Assembly: GCA_964594835.1 (NCBI GenBank)
Contig: CAZQNA010000002.1
Coordinates: forward strand, 64,001-128,000
Source: an uncultured Nitrososphaerota archaeon
GTDB lineage: Archaea > Korarchaeota > Korarchaeia > Korarchaeales > Korarchaeaceae
DNA length: 64,000 bases
Direction of reading: 5' to 3'
Below, piece after piece: positions 18,886-28,749 of the stretch (positions within the stretch are counted from its first letter, which is position 1; each line of letters starts with the position of its first letter). The notes beneath the pieces were generated by a model, which ran no database searches, had not been told where the DNA came from, and saw only the letters and a list, made by a program, of their open reading frames with translations. The position numbers were made by a program, and so were the translations under genes.

Positions 18886-19944
18886 TCAGGGCCGGTCTCC
18901 GGTCAGGGTCCTGATGTGCCTTATCGGCAGCTTCACGAAGAGCTCCTCCCCCTCCCTGACGGAGGAGAGTTCCTCCGACCCCGCCGGCGCCCTCGCCGTC
19001 AGGGTCACCCCGCCCACCCGGACGTCCACCTCCACGAGGGACCCCCTCGCCCTCACGGACCGCACCACCCCCCTGAAGGTGTTGAACCACCCGCGCCCGC
19101 CCACCCTCCTCGCGAGCACGACCCTCTCGGGGGGTATCGCGACCTTCAGGACCCGGCCCCCCTCGAAGGGGACCAGGATCTTGAGGCCGCCGCACCTGAC
19201 CTCCGCCAGGCCCTCGCTCACCTCCCTGAAGTCGTCGCACTCCAGCAGGTTCTGAAGGCCCAGGAACTCGGATACCTCCCGCGCGGCCGGGTTGAAGATC
19301 ACCTCCTCCGGCCCGCCAACCTGGAGGACTCTCCCCCCGATCAGCACGGCCACCCTCCCCCCGAGCTCCTCGGCCTCCACCCAGTCGTGGGTCACGAAAA
19401 GCGTCGTCACCCCGACCTCGCTGACGAGCCGCCTCACCTCCAGCCTCATGGCTCGGCGGGTGGAGGAGTCCAGGTCGTTGAAGGGCTCGTCCAGCAGGAG
19501 CACGCTGGGCTCCGGGGCGAGGGCCCTGGCTATGGCCACCCTCTGCCTCTCGCCCCCGCTCAGCCTGGCCGGGTGGCGATCCCTGAGGTGGGAGATCTCG
19601 AGGAGGCGCAGGACCTCCTCGACGCGCCCCTCGATCTCACATCGATCGAGGCCCCTCATCCTGAGGCCGAAGGCCACGTTGTCCCAGACCGTCATGTGCG
19701 TGAAAAGGGCGAGCCCCTGGGGAACGTAGCCGACCGACCTCTGACCCGGCGGCACGTCGTCGACCGGAGCCCCGTCGAAAAGCACGGCGCCCTCGTAGTC
19801 CACCAGCCCGGCCACCACGTTCATCAGGGTGGTCTTGCCGGCCCCGTTGGGTCCCATCACCGTCAGCAGCTCCCCGTCCCCGACGTCCAGGGTCACGCCC
19901 CTGAGCGCGAAGTTCCTGACGTCCCTCAGCCCTATCGACGGCAT
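18886..19944 (-). CDS. ABC ATPase of ModC/CysA/PotA type with C-terminal TOBE-like domain
   Basis: GPNGAGKTT, YVPQGLALF, LSGGERQRVA, LDEP and VTHD motifs; beta-rich C-terminus; start MPSIG at 19944. Confidence 0.85.
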   Translation of the reverse strand: MPSIGLRDVRNFALRGVTLDVGDGELLTVMGPNGAGKTTLMNVVAGLVDYEGAVLFDGAPVDDVPPGQRSVGYVPQGLALFTHMTVWDNVAFGLRMRGLDRCEIEGRVEEVLRLLEISHLRDRHPARLSGGERQRVAIARALAPEPSVLLLDEPFNDLDSSTRRAMRLEVRRLVSEVGVTTLFVTHDWVEAEELGGRVAVLIGGRVLQVGGPEEVIFNPAAREVSEFLGLQNLLECDDFREVSEGLAEVRCGGLKILVPFEGGRVLKVAIPPERVVLARRVGGRGWFNTFRGVVRSVRARGSLVEVDVRVGGVTLTARAPAGSEELSSVREGEELFVKLPIRHIRTLTGDRP

Positions 19945-20705
19945 CAGACCGCCCCCCGCCTCCTGAGGACTGAAACCTCGAGCCTCTCGAAGGCCCAGCT
20001 GAAGGCGTAGTTCGAAGCGGCGAGCACCAGGATCACGGCGAGTATCTGATCCACCCTGAGGACGCTCTGCGCCTCCATCGCCAGGAGGCCGAGGCCCGAG
20101 GACATGGCTACCATCTCCGTGACGAAGCAGGTCCTCCAGGCCATTCCGGCCTCCACCTTGAGGCCGGAGAGTATCTGGGGCAGGGCCTGCGGGAGGATCA
20201 CCTCCCTCAGCAGCGTGAGGCCCTCGGCCCCTAGCGTCCTGGCGACGCGGATCACCTCGGGGTCGACCGACCTCGCCCCGGTCAGGGTCGCGTAGGCCGT
20301 CGGGGGGAAGGAGCACATGAAGACGACGGTCACGGGGAGCGCCTCGCCCAGCCCCACCCAGAGCATGAAGAGCGGGATCCAGGCGACCGCGGGAACGGCG
20401 TAGAGGAGGCCGATCAGGGGGTAGGCCGCCCCGTAGGTCAGCCTGTGGTACGCCGACGCCGCCCCGACGGCGACTCCTAGCGTCGACCCCAGACCAAACC
20501 CGAGCACGACGCGCGTCAGCGTCCTGACGTAGTGGAACTCAAGTTCTCCGCTCGCAGCGAGCTCCACTAAGGCCCTGAGGACCTCCGAGAACGGTGGGAA
20601 GAGCTGGGTCGGTACGGGTGCGAGCCGAGCCGCGAGCTCCCAGGCCGCGAGGGCGGCCAGCACGGAGGCCAGGCCTAGGGAACTACGGCCCAGGCGCACT
20701 CCCAA
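19944..20705 (-). CDS. NitT/TauT-family ABC permease
   Basis: PPFSEV, VPAVAWIPL, ARTLGA..ILPQALP and VTEM...SSGLG motifs. Confidence 0.85.
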   Translation of the reverse strand: MGVRLGRSSLGLASVLAALAAWELAARLAPVPTQLFPPFSEVLRALVELAASGELEFHYVRTLTRVVLGFGLGSTLGVAVGAASAYHRLTYGAAYPLIGLLYAVPAVAWIPLFMLWVGLGEALPVTVVFMCSFPPTAYATLTGARSVDPEVIRVARTLGAEGLTLLREVILPQALPQILSGLKVEAGMAWRTCFVTEMVAMSSGLGLLAMEAQSVLRVDQILAVILVLAASNYAFSWAFERLEVSVLRRRGAV

Positions 20706-21666
20706 GCACCTCCCCCAGGATCGACGCGTCGACCAGCTCGTCCACGGGCACGGGATCCTCGATGCACCCGTACCGCACCATGAGGTTCACGTACTCCTCG
20801 ATCTCGGTGAGGTCGAGCCCGACCGAGTACTCCAGGTGACCCATCGACTCTGAAGCCTCCTCCTCGGAGATTCCGAGCCTGTTGGCCACGATCCTGGCGG
20901 CCTCCTCTGGGTCCTCGAGTATGAGCTCGGTGGCCTGGGCCGTGGCCCTCACCAGGGCCCTCACGAGTTCTGGATCGGACTCCAGCAGGTCCTCCCTTAC
21001 GACCAGGACGCTGCCCGGCATGTCGGGCCACACGTCCTGGCTCTGCACGAGGACCCTGCACCCTCCCCGCATGACTGCGAGGGTCGCGTAGTGCTCTGGG
21101 AGGGCCGCCGCATCCACCTGCCCGGTCATGACCGCATTAACGGCTATCTGGGGTACCATCTTCTTCACGGCCACGTTGAGGCCGTACTTCTCCATGACGA
21201 TGGCCAGCAGGAGGTAGGCGGGGCTCCCCTTACCCGAGGCGGCCACCACCCCTCCGGAGAGCTGGGATAGGTTCGAGATACCGGGGCGGGCGACTATGGC
21301 GTAGCCGTGCAGGTGGGCCCCGGCCACGACCTTGATCGGCACGCCCCTGGCCCTCGCCAGCACTGCAGGCCCGAGGCAGGCCCACGCGACGTCCACGTCG
21401 CCCCTCGCCAGGGCCGCGGCCAGCTCCAGCCCGGTCCTGAAGGTCTCTAGGTGGGTCACGTTGATCCCGTTGGCTTCGAAGAGCCCGGTGTCCAGGGCCA
21501 CCCACGCCGCGGCGGAGTGATCGTTGAACTCCACGGCCAGGGATATCGACTTCACCCCGGTCCCCCCGCGGTGGATCGCCCCGAGCAGGGCCAAAGCGAC
21601 GAGGGCCGCGGCTAGGGCGATCGGGACTTCACGGCGGCTCACATTGGCGGCAAACGCCGGTAACAC
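20683..21666 (-). CDS. NitT/TauT-family ABC substrate-binding protein (start approximate)
   Basis: N-terminal hydrophobic anchor; FRTGLELAAALARGDVDVA and GQVDAAALPEH motifs. Confidence 0.8.
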   Translation of the reverse strand: MLPAFAANVSRREVPIALAAALVALALLGAIHRGGTGVKSISLAVEFNDHSAAAWVALDTGLFEANGINVTHLETFRTGLELAAALARGDVDVAWACLGPAVLARARGVPIKVVAGAHLHGYAIVARPGISNLSQLSGGVVAASGKGSPAYLLLAIVMEKYGLNVAVKKMVPQIAVNAVMTGQVDAAALPEHYATLAVMRGGCRVLVQSQDVWPDMPGSVLVVREDLLESDPELVRALVRATAQATELILEDPEEAARIVANRLGISEEEASESMGHLEYSVGLDLTEIEEYVNLMVRYGCIEDPVPVDELVDASILGEVLGSAPGP

Positions 21667-21751
21667 GAATAAGGTTGCGCAGACGGCGCGACTCCGCGGG
21701 GCGCCGGCCTCACATTTTTCGGGTTACCCAGAGGGGCCGTCGAGAGCGGGC

Positions 21752-22444
21752 ATGCTCGAGGGGGCAAGGTTCTTCGTGGTCGCCCACAGGGGCGCGAGCG
21801 CATACGAGCCCGAGAACACCCTGAGATCGGTGAGGAGGGCCCTGGAGATCGGAGCTGACGCCGTGGAGGTCGACGTGAGGCTCTCGGCCGACGGCGTCCC
21901 GGTGGTCATTCACGACGAGACCGTAGACCGCACGACGGACGGCACCGGGAAGGTGGCGGAGATGACACTTGAGGAGCTGAGGAGGCTCGACGCCGGTCAG
22001 GGCGAGAGGATCCCGACTCTGGAGGAGGTCCTAGACGCGGTCCGGGGTAGGGCGATCCTGTTCGTGGAGCTGAAGGTGGACGAGGCGGCGCTGCCTTCCC
22101 TGGAGCTGGTCAGGGGCAGGGGGATGCTGGACGAGGTCTTGTTCATCTCCTTCAGTCAGAACTCCCTCTCCCAGGTGAAGGCGGAAGAGGAGGGAGCCCA
22201 CATCGGGCTCATCTACTTCAAGCCCACCGACGGGATTGTCGGGGCCAAGAAGCTCGGCTGCGAGTTCGTCCTGCCATACTACCCCCTCGCCACCGAGAAG
22301 GCCATAGCCTTCGCCCACAGGATGAGGCTCAGGGTCGTCCCGTGGACCGTGGACGACCTCGAGACGGCGAGGGAGCTCAAGGAGAGGGGGGCCGACGGGG
22401 TGGCCTCGAACATGCCGGATGTCATGATGCCCCTCAGGGAGTGA
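21752..22444 (+). CDS. Glycerophosphodiester phosphodiesterase
   Basis: VAHRGAS..PENT, EVDV, HD.TVDRTT, ELK and WTVD motifs. Confidence 0.9.
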   Translation: MLEGARFFVVAHRGASAYEPENTLRSVRRALEIGADAVEVDVRLSADGVPVVIHDETVDRTTDGTGKVAEMTLEELRRLDAGQGERIPTLEEVLDAVRGRAILFVELKVDEAALPSLELVRGRGMLDEVLFISFSQNSLSQVKAEEEGAHIGLIYFKPTDGIVGAKKLGCEFVLPYYPLATEKAIAFAHRMRLRVVPWTVDDLETARELKERGADGVASNMPDVMMPLRE

Positions 22445-22511
22445 GTCCGCCACGCTGGAGAGCAGGATGGCAGGAGCCCACTTATATTGACGATCTACCT
22501 CACATCTCACG

Positions 22512-22967
22512 GTGAGGGCCTGGTCGTGGCTGGTGAAGGGTTTGCTTGATGAGTTTGGTGACAGACTCGTCTCCATAGCGATCTACGGCTCCGCGGCCAG
22601 GGGGGAGGCTGGCGAGGGCAGCGACCTCGACGTGCTGGTCGTGGTGGAGGGCCTCCCCGAGGACCTGGGGGAGAGGCTTAGGTCCTCGGGGAGGCTGGCC
22701 CGGAAGGTTAGGCCTCCTCAGGGAGCGCCCAGGCCCGTGTCGGCCGTTTTACTCACCCCGGAGGAGGTAGAGAGGAGGCCGCCGATACTGCTTGACATGG
22801 TGGAGGACGCGATCATCCTCTACGACAGGGACGGCTTCCTGTCCAGGGTTCTTGAGAGGTTGAGGGAGAGGCTGAGGGAGTTGGGGGCCAGGAGAGTCAG
22901 AACCGAGCGCGGGTGGTACTGGATCCTGAAGCCAGACGCAGAGTTCGGGGAGGTGGTGAGGGTCTGA
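22512..22967 (+). CDS. Minimal nucleotidyltransferase (MNT)
   Basis: YGSAARGE...SDLDVLVV, ILYDRDG and WYWILKP motifs. Confidence 0.82.
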   Translation: MRAWSWLVKGLLDEFGDRLVSIAIYGSAARGEAGEGSDLDVLVVVEGLPEDLGERLRSSGRLARKVRPPQGAPRPVSAVLLTPEEVERRPPILLDMVEDAIILYDRDGFLSRVLERLRERLRELGARRVRTERGWYWILKPDAEFGEVVRV

Positions 22968-23410
22968 TCAACCTTGAGATGGCCGCCGACTACCTCAGGC
23001 GCGCCCTGACGTGTTTGAAGGAGGCGGAGTTGGCCCTCTCCTCAGGGGAACCCTCGCTCTGCGTGAGGAGATCGCAGGAGTCGATTGAACTAGCCGCGAA
23101 GGCCCTCCTGAGGGCCGCCTCCGTCGAGTATCCCAGGAGTCACGACGTCAGCGAGGTCCTGATTCAGTCCGGCGAGAGGATGCCCGATCCGGTCAGGTCG
23201 GAGATCCGCGAGATAGCCGACCTCGTCTCCGAGCTCGCCGCCGTCAGGGGGCCAGCCATGTACGGGTATGAGAGGGAGGGGATCCCGGCGTCCAAGGCCT
23301 TCTCGGGCGGCTACGCCAAGGAGGTGCTTGAGAGGGTGAGGCGCGCCGTCGGGCTGATTGAGGAGACCCTCGTCCCCAGGCTCAGAGAGGCAGGCTACTG
23401 GCCGGGCTGA
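22964..23410 (+). CDS. HEPN-domain protein (probable CTG start overlapping the MNT stop; ATG 22979 is an alternative)
   Basis: VRRSQESIELAAKA, YPRSHD and R.PAMYG motifs. Confidence 0.82.
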   Translation: MINLEMAADYLRRALTCLKEAELALSSGEPSLCVRRSQESIELAAKALLRAASVEYPRSHDVSEVLIQSGERMPDPVRSEIREIADLVSELAAVRGPAMYGYEREGIPASKAFSGGYAKEVLERVRRAVGLIEETLVPRLREAGYWPG

Positions 23411-24303
23411 CTTCCCCTCGACTCAATGGATCGGGCTCTGCCGTAAAGCTCAGGCCTCCGGGCCTCCAGCATGTTGACGCTCTCGCCGGCCTCCTCGGCG
23501 GCGAGGATGAGCCCGACTCCCCTCTCCCTGGCCGCCGACACGACCTCCGAGAGGTGGTCCCAGCAGCCCAGGTCCCTGGCGAAGTGGTGGTCCAGGACGA
23601 GCGTCCTGAGGTCGGTCTCGGAGATCAGCGTGAGCAGGTTCTCGACCGACGCCCTCAGATCCTCCTCCGAGTACCTGAAGCCGAGCATGTAGGTCATGGG
23701 TCCGTCGACGTACGCCACCGTGGGGTTCACCTCCAGGGCGAACCTCAGCTGCTCCCTGAGCGCGGGCCCCTCGACGTCGGACGTGAACAGGAAGGTCTCG
23801 CCCCCGTCCCTCACCGCCACCTGGACCACGTACCCCAGCCTGGGGTCGGCCCCGTGCGGGACGGCCTCGGAGAACAGGATCTCCGTTCTGCCGACGCGAA
23901 GGTAGTTCCCGTCGGCGTACTCAAGCCTATCTGGCCGACCCTCTATTGCCCTCAGGAACCTCGGAGCCCTGACGACCGCCTGGCTCCTGTTGATGTTCTC
24001 CTCCGGGTGCTTTACGAACACCAGCTTGCCGTCGTACACGTCCAGGGGGATCCTCCTCCCCAGGTCGTGGTGGTCGTAGTGGTAGTGCGTGACGACCAGG
24101 ACCCGGGCCCGCCTGGCGTGCTCCTCAACGACCCTTGCCAGGCTCCTGAGCCTCTCCCTCTCCACGTCGTGGGGAGGCAGGCCGAACCTCCTAGGCGCGA
24201 GGGCCACGCCCGGGTCGATCAGCAGGCTCACGTCCCTCGTCTCAACGTAGGTGGCCATGCTGCGGACGCCCATGGAGTCGAACGCAAGCGGCCTTACGAG
24301 CAC
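23395..24303 (-). CDS. MBL-fold metallohydrolase (UPF0282-like)
   Basis: DS.GVRSMAT, DPGVALAP, THYHYDH, SDVEGP and DHHFAR motifs. Confidence 0.8.
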   Translation of the reverse strand: MLVRPLAFDSMGVRSMATYVETRDVSLLIDPGVALAPRRFGLPPHDVERERLRSLARVVEEHARRARVLVVTHYHYDHHDLGRRIPLDVYDGKLVFVKHPEENINRSQAVVRAPRFLRAIEGRPDRLEYADGNYLRVGRTEILFSEAVPHGADPRLGYVVQVAVRDGGETFLFTSDVEGPALREQLRFALEVNPTVAYVDGPMTYMLGFRYSEEDLRASVENLLTLISETDLRTLVLDHHFARDLGCWDHLSEVVSAARERGVGLILAAEEAGESVNMLEARRPELYGRARSIESRGSQPGQ

Positions 24304-24439
24304 CTCACCTGGCGGCCGTACGAATCGAAAAAGGTTACCCGCCCTCCTTCGGCCCGGCGGGCCCCGGGGCCGAGGACGGGATGGGCCAAATTGGCCAAAC
24401 TTTTAACTGAAATGCCCAGCTCTCCGCCGGTGACCTGGG

Positions 24440-25678
24440 ACGGCCGAGTACACACGCTCCGAGAGGTACTGGACGCTTTTCGTCGTGGTGGCCGGCTGGG
24501 CCTTTGACGCGTTCGATTTCTCGGTTTTATCGTTTGCGCTCAATCAGATGATGGCTGAGTTCGGCGTCTCCAAGACGGTCATAGGCTCGGTGTTCGGGCT
24601 GCAGCTGGTGGCCACGGGGCTGGGCGGCGTGCTCTTCGGGGTCATAGCCGACGCGATAGGCAGGAAGAGGGGGCTCATGCTGGACATAGCCCTCTACAGC
24701 GTCGCCACCGGGCTCACGGCGCTCAGCAGGAGCCTCTGGGAGGTCGCCCTGTTCAGGTTCATAGCCGGTCTCGGCATAGGCGGGGAGTGGGGCCTCGGCA
24801 TGGCGATCCTGAACGAGGTCTGGCCTCCGGAGACCAGGGGGAGCATGGTGGGCCTCACGCAGGCTGGGTGGCCCATTGGCATGGCCATCGCCTCGGCGGA
24901 CGCCGCCTTGGTCATGTCGAGGTTCGGCTGGAGGGCGGGCTTCGCCGTGGCCATACTCCCGATAGTCCTGCTGGTGGTCGTCAGGGGGAAGATGCCCGAG
25001 TCCAGGCTCTGGCTGGAGTACAGGAGGGCCAAGGAGAGCGGTGAGCTTCCGCCCGAGTTCTCCGAGAAGGCGGGGTGGCTCACCCTCCGCCAGCTCTTCC
25101 ACAGGGACCTGATCGGGAGGACGCTCAAGGGGCTCGCCCTGGCGTCCCTGGGGATGTTCGCCTTCTACACCCTCTGGTCCTGGGCCCCGGCCTACCTCGA
25201 GACCGTCAAGGGCATGTCCATGGTGAGGTCCGCGACCTTCGTCGGGGCCTCCTGGCTCATAGGGTGGTTCGGACACGTGCTCTTCGGCGTCGTGGCGGAC
25301 AGGATCGGGAGGAGGCCCACCTTCACCATCTACGCCGCCATGTTCGCCGCCTCGGTCCTGGGGCTGACGGCCGCCGGGCCCGGGCTGACCGGGTTCGTGG
25401 CCCTGGCCGCGAACACTTTCGCCTGCGGGTTCTTCTCGGTCTACGGGGCGCTCTTCGGCGAGATCTTTCCCACGAGGGTCAGGGCGACCGGAGCCTCCCT
25501 GTGCTACAACGGGGCTAGGGCCGTCTCGTTCGCCGCCCCGGTCGTGCTGGGCTACGTCGCGGGCCTCGCCGGGTTCAACGCTGGCCTCATGGTGGCCGTC
25601 GGGGCCGTGCTCCTCGCCGCGGCCCTGATCTGGACCGTCCCGGAGACCAAGGGGGTGAGGCTCGAGGCCCTGGCCTGA
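24440..25678 (+). CDS. MFS transporter (probable ACG start at 24440; first canonical start GTG 24485)
   Basis: GW.FDAFD, ADAIGRK, GIGGEW, DRIGRR and EIFPTRVR motifs. Confidence 0.85.
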   Translation, partial: TAEYTRSERYWTLFVVVAGWAFDAFDFSVLSFALNQMMAEFGVSKTVIGSVFGLQLVATGLGGVLFGVIADAIGRKRGLMLDIALYSVATGLTALSRSLWEVALFRFIAGLGIGGEWGLGMAILNEVWPPETRGSMVGLTQAGWPIGMAIASADAALVMSRFGWRAGFAVAILPIVLLVVVRGKMPESRLWLEYRRAKESGELPPEFSEKAGWLTLRQLFHRDLIGRTLKGLALASLGMFAFYTLWSWAPAYLETVKGMSMVRSATFVGASWLIGWFGHVLFGVVADRIGRRPTFTIYAAMFAASVLGLTAAGPGLTGFVALAANTFACGFFSVYGALFGEIFPTRVRATGASLCYNGARAVSFAAPVVLGYVAGLAGFNAGLMVAVGAVLLAAALIWTVPETKGVRLEALA

Positions 25679-25682
25679 CCCC

Positions 25683-26297
25683 TCACCCCTCCCTCGCCCC
25701 CTCCTCGACGACCAGCCTTCTCCTCGCGTACTCCGACAGCAGGAGGGCCGAGGCGCTCCCCGCCAGGGATGACACCAGGGGGGAGAAGGCCGCCCAGGCC
25801 CCTCCGGCGTGGAGGCACGAGGCCGCCGTGGGCACGTAGGCCAGGAGGTAGGGAACGGCGACCCCCCTCACTCCCCTGAAGTACTCCCAAAGGAACACCA
25901 CCAGCGGCGGGAACAGCGTCCAGACCGACACGACGACGAGGGCCGCCTGGCTGGTCAGCCTGTTCGTCACTATCCTCTTCCCCCCGGGGGACAGCACCCA
26001 CTCCCCGGCGTCGGTGACCACCAGGATCCTCTCTCCGCTCGGCCCACCCAGGTCCACCCTCACCAATCCCCCGGGCCCCACGTCCCGGCCCACCTGGATC
26101 CTCCTGTCCCCCACGAAGACGAGCCTCACGACCGCGCTCCTCCCGGCCAGGTTCCTGACTACCAGAGTCGACTCGGAGCTCGCGTCCAGCTCCAACGTTA
26201 CCTGGCCGAAGTGTGTCATGCCCGCCCACGTGACGTGGATGACGGTCAGGGCGTAGGCCAGCGCGGCGATCAGGGCGCCCAGCCCCCTCCTGGTCAC
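25683..26297 (-). CDS. Hypothetical membrane protein, coupled to the AAA-Lon gene
   Basis: N-terminal TM, beta-rich soluble part, about 3 C-terminal TMs; GTGA overlap with the upstream stop. Confidence 0.6.
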   Translation of the reverse strand: MTRRGLGALIAALAYALTVIHVTWAGMTHFGQVTLELDASSESTLVVRNLAGRSAVVRLVFVGDRRIQVGRDVGPGGLVRVDLGGPSGERILVVTDAGEWVLSPGGKRIVTNRLTSQAALVVVSVWTLFPPLVVFLWEYFRGVRGVAVPYLLAYVPTAASCLHAGGAWAAFSPLVSSLAGSASALLLSEYARRRLVVEEGAREG

Positions 26298-28651
26298 CCC
26301 GACCCCCGCCCCCCGGAGGCCACCTCGATGGCCTCGTCGACGGTCCTCACGAACACCACCCTCTTGCCCCTCCTCTCCAGCTCCCTCACGGCCAGGTTCT
26401 CCCTGACCTCAACCCCGTACTCGAACCTGTTCGCCTCTGGGATGACCACGCAGCTGACCCAGTCCGCCGCGAGGACCGCCGAGATCTTGCCCGTGTTGGC
26501 GCTGTCCCACCCGCCGACGGGCCCGACCACCCCCGTCTTGGCGGAGACCTTGCCCGAGAGGGCGACGTCCTGCCTGATCGGGGTCCCCGTGAGCTCGCTC
26601 CACATCGCTACGGCGATGGCCAGGCCTGCGCTTGGCCCCGAGGGCCTCTGGGGGGATCCCTCCGCCGGCGTGATGAACTGGACGGTCCAGCCGCGCCTGT
26701 CGGCCTCCGGCAGCCTCTGGGCGAGCCAGGCCCTCGCAGCCTTCGCCGACTCCAGGACGGTCTCGTCGGCCCCGAGCACCTCCACGCCCCGCCTCTCCGT
26801 CGAGGAGACCGCCTCGACCGGGAACACCACCCCCTCGCCGCTGTCGCTCAGCGACGCGACGGCCATGGCCCTGCCCACGACCCTCTCTCCCCCCGGGCTG
26901 GCCGAGACGGAGATCGCGTTCAGGGCCTCGCTCAGGCCCGTGAACCTCCTAAGGGCCTCTGAAAGGTGCTCCAGCCTCAGGGGATATCCGTCTCCTCTGC
27001 CGTGCCTCTCCTCCATGGCCCTTCGCCTCCTCCTGTGCTCCTCGAAGATCCCTCCCAGGAGGGCGTCGTCCACGAGCTCCGAGACGAGCTCCGCCTGCCG
27101 GAGCCTCTCGGCCTCCTCGTAGAGCCGCGAAATCATCCTGGGAACCCTCACCCTCAGCCCGACCAGCCTGAGGGCCTCATCGGCCGTGAACGAGGCCCTG
27201 TATCTCCTCACGTAGACCTCGTGGATCTCCCTCAGCTCCTCGTAGGTCTCAGGGAGCCCGACGTAGATCACGTTGGGCTGGAACCTCGAGATTATGGCCG
27301 GGTCGACCCTCTCGACGAAGTTCGTGGCGGCTATCACGATGATCCTGTTCCTGCCCTGCAGGAGCCCCTCCATCTCCTGGAGGAGGTGGTTCACTATCCT
27401 GGCGGCAACGGGGTTGACCCTCCTGTCCGCGGCTATGGCGTCGAACTCGTCGAAGAACAGGATGCTGGGCTGCCTCTTCCTCGCCTCCCTGAAGACGTCG
27501 CTTAGCACCTTCAGGGGGTCCCTGTGGCCGTAGATGTCGGTCAGCTTGACGTAGAGGAATGTGGCGTTGAAGGTCCCGGCCAGGGCCCTGGCCAGCGTTG
27601 TCTTGCCGGTGCCCGGCGGGCCGTAGAGCAGGATCCCCCTGGGGGCCTCGACGCTGGGGCTCATCATCACCACGGCCACCGGGACGACGACGGTCCTCTT
27701 CACCCTCCACATCCCGCCCACGTCCCTGAGCGTGGTCTTCGGCTTGATCATGAGGGCCGCGTCCAGGACGGTGGACTCCGCGTAGTCCTTCGCGCTGAGC
27801 GCCTTCGCCCTGACGTCCTGGATGGTCGCCCTCCTCCCCTCCCTCCGCGCCTCCTCGGCCGCAGAGTAGAGGACGTTCTCCAGGTCCCCCGGGACCACGT
27901 ACCTGTACCCCAGGGTGAAGACAGCCTCCTCCACGGCCTCCAGCACCTCCTCGGGGTCCGCTTCGACCCCATACTTCTCCAGGAGGATCTTCGTGACCTG
28001 GACGAGCTCCTCCCTGCTGTAAGTCAGCCTGACGATCCTGGCCCTCTTCTTGTAGTCCGGGATCACCCGGTCGGAGTTGCTCGTGAACACCACCACTATG
28101 GGCTCGTCCCCCGAGGCGAGCTCGTCCAGCCTGTGGACCAGCTCGTCCCTCACCCTCAGGTCGGCGACCTGCCCAGGGCTGTCCAGGTCCATCGAGGAGA
28201 CGTCCACCGACACGAAGCTGTCGAAGTCGTCGAAGACGACGAGCCTGCTCCTCCCCCTGGGCACGGAGAAGAGGGAAGCCACCCTCCTCTCGCTCTCGCC
28301 GTACCACTTGCTGAACACGTCGCTGGGGCTCACGAACTTGACCTCCAGCGCCCTCGACCTGGCCGCGGCCTCCTGGGCTATCTTCTCGCACACCGCCGTC
28401 TTACCCGAGCCGAGGGGCCCCAGGAGGACGATGACCCTCGGCGGGGGGACCCCTTCGACCACCTCTCCGCACAGGTGGTGGAGGATCGCCTCCTCCAGGG
28501 GCCTGGCGGACTCCGGAACCAGCACGTCCACCCTCTTCTTGAGGAGCCTCTCCGTCTCCGGGGTGCGGACCATCTCGACCCCGGGCCGCTCCAGCAGGAG
28601 GAGCCTGGAGAGCCACCTCCCGGCCCTCCCCTCGGAGGGTGTGGTGGCCAT
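26294..28651 (-). CDS. Double AAA+ ATPase (CDC48-like) fused to a C-terminal Lon (S16) protease domain
   Basis: D1 GPLGSGKT/KWYGE/VFDDFD; D2 DVGG/GPPGTGKT/FFDEFD/AATN..DPAIISRF; Lon-type GPSAG...VGG...K...VIPEAN; ATG 28651 lies about 25 nt after a TATA-like element. Confidence 0.82.
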   Translation of the reverse strand: MATTPSEGRAGRWLSRLLLLERPGVEMVRTPETERLLKKRVDVLVPESARPLEEAILHHLCGEVVEGVPPPRVIVLLGPLGSGKTAVCEKIAQEAAARSRALEVKFVSPSDVFSKWYGESERRVASLFSVPRGRSRLVVFDDFDSFVSVDVSSMDLDSPGQVADLRVRDELVHRLDELASGDEPIVVVFTSNSDRVIPDYKKRARIVRLTYSREELVQVTKILLEKYGVEADPEEVLEAVEEAVFTLGYRYVVPGDLENVLYSAAEEARREGRRATIQDVRAKALSAKDYAESTVLDAALMIKPKTTLRDVGGMWRVKRTVVVPVAVVMMSPSVEAPRGILLYGPPGTGKTTLARALAGTFNATFLYVKLTDIYGHRDPLKVLSDVFREARKRQPSILFFDEFDAIAADRRVNPVAARIVNHLLQEMEGLLQGRNRIIVIAATNFVERVDPAIISRFQPNVIYVGLPETYEELREIHEVYVRRYRASFTADEALRLVGLRVRVPRMISRLYEEAERLRQAELVSELVDDALLGGIFEEHRRRRRAMEERHGRGDGYPLRLEHLSEALRRFTGLSEALNAISVSASPGGERVVGRAMAVASLSDSGEGVVFPVEAVSSTERRGVEVLGADETVLESAKAARAWLAQRLPEADRRGWTVQFITPAEGSPQRPSGPSAGLAIAVAMWSELTGTPIRQDVALSGKVSAKTGVVGPVGGWDSANTGKISAVLAADWVSCVVIPEANRFEYGVEVRENLAVRELERRGKRVVFVRTVDEAIEVASGGRGSG

Positions 28652-28749
28652 CCCTGAGTTCACGCCCGACCCCACTAATAACGGCCGCCCGCGCCGCCCT
28701 CGGCGCTCCCACCAAACACCTATTTTGAAGCCGAAGGGGCCCGTCCCGA

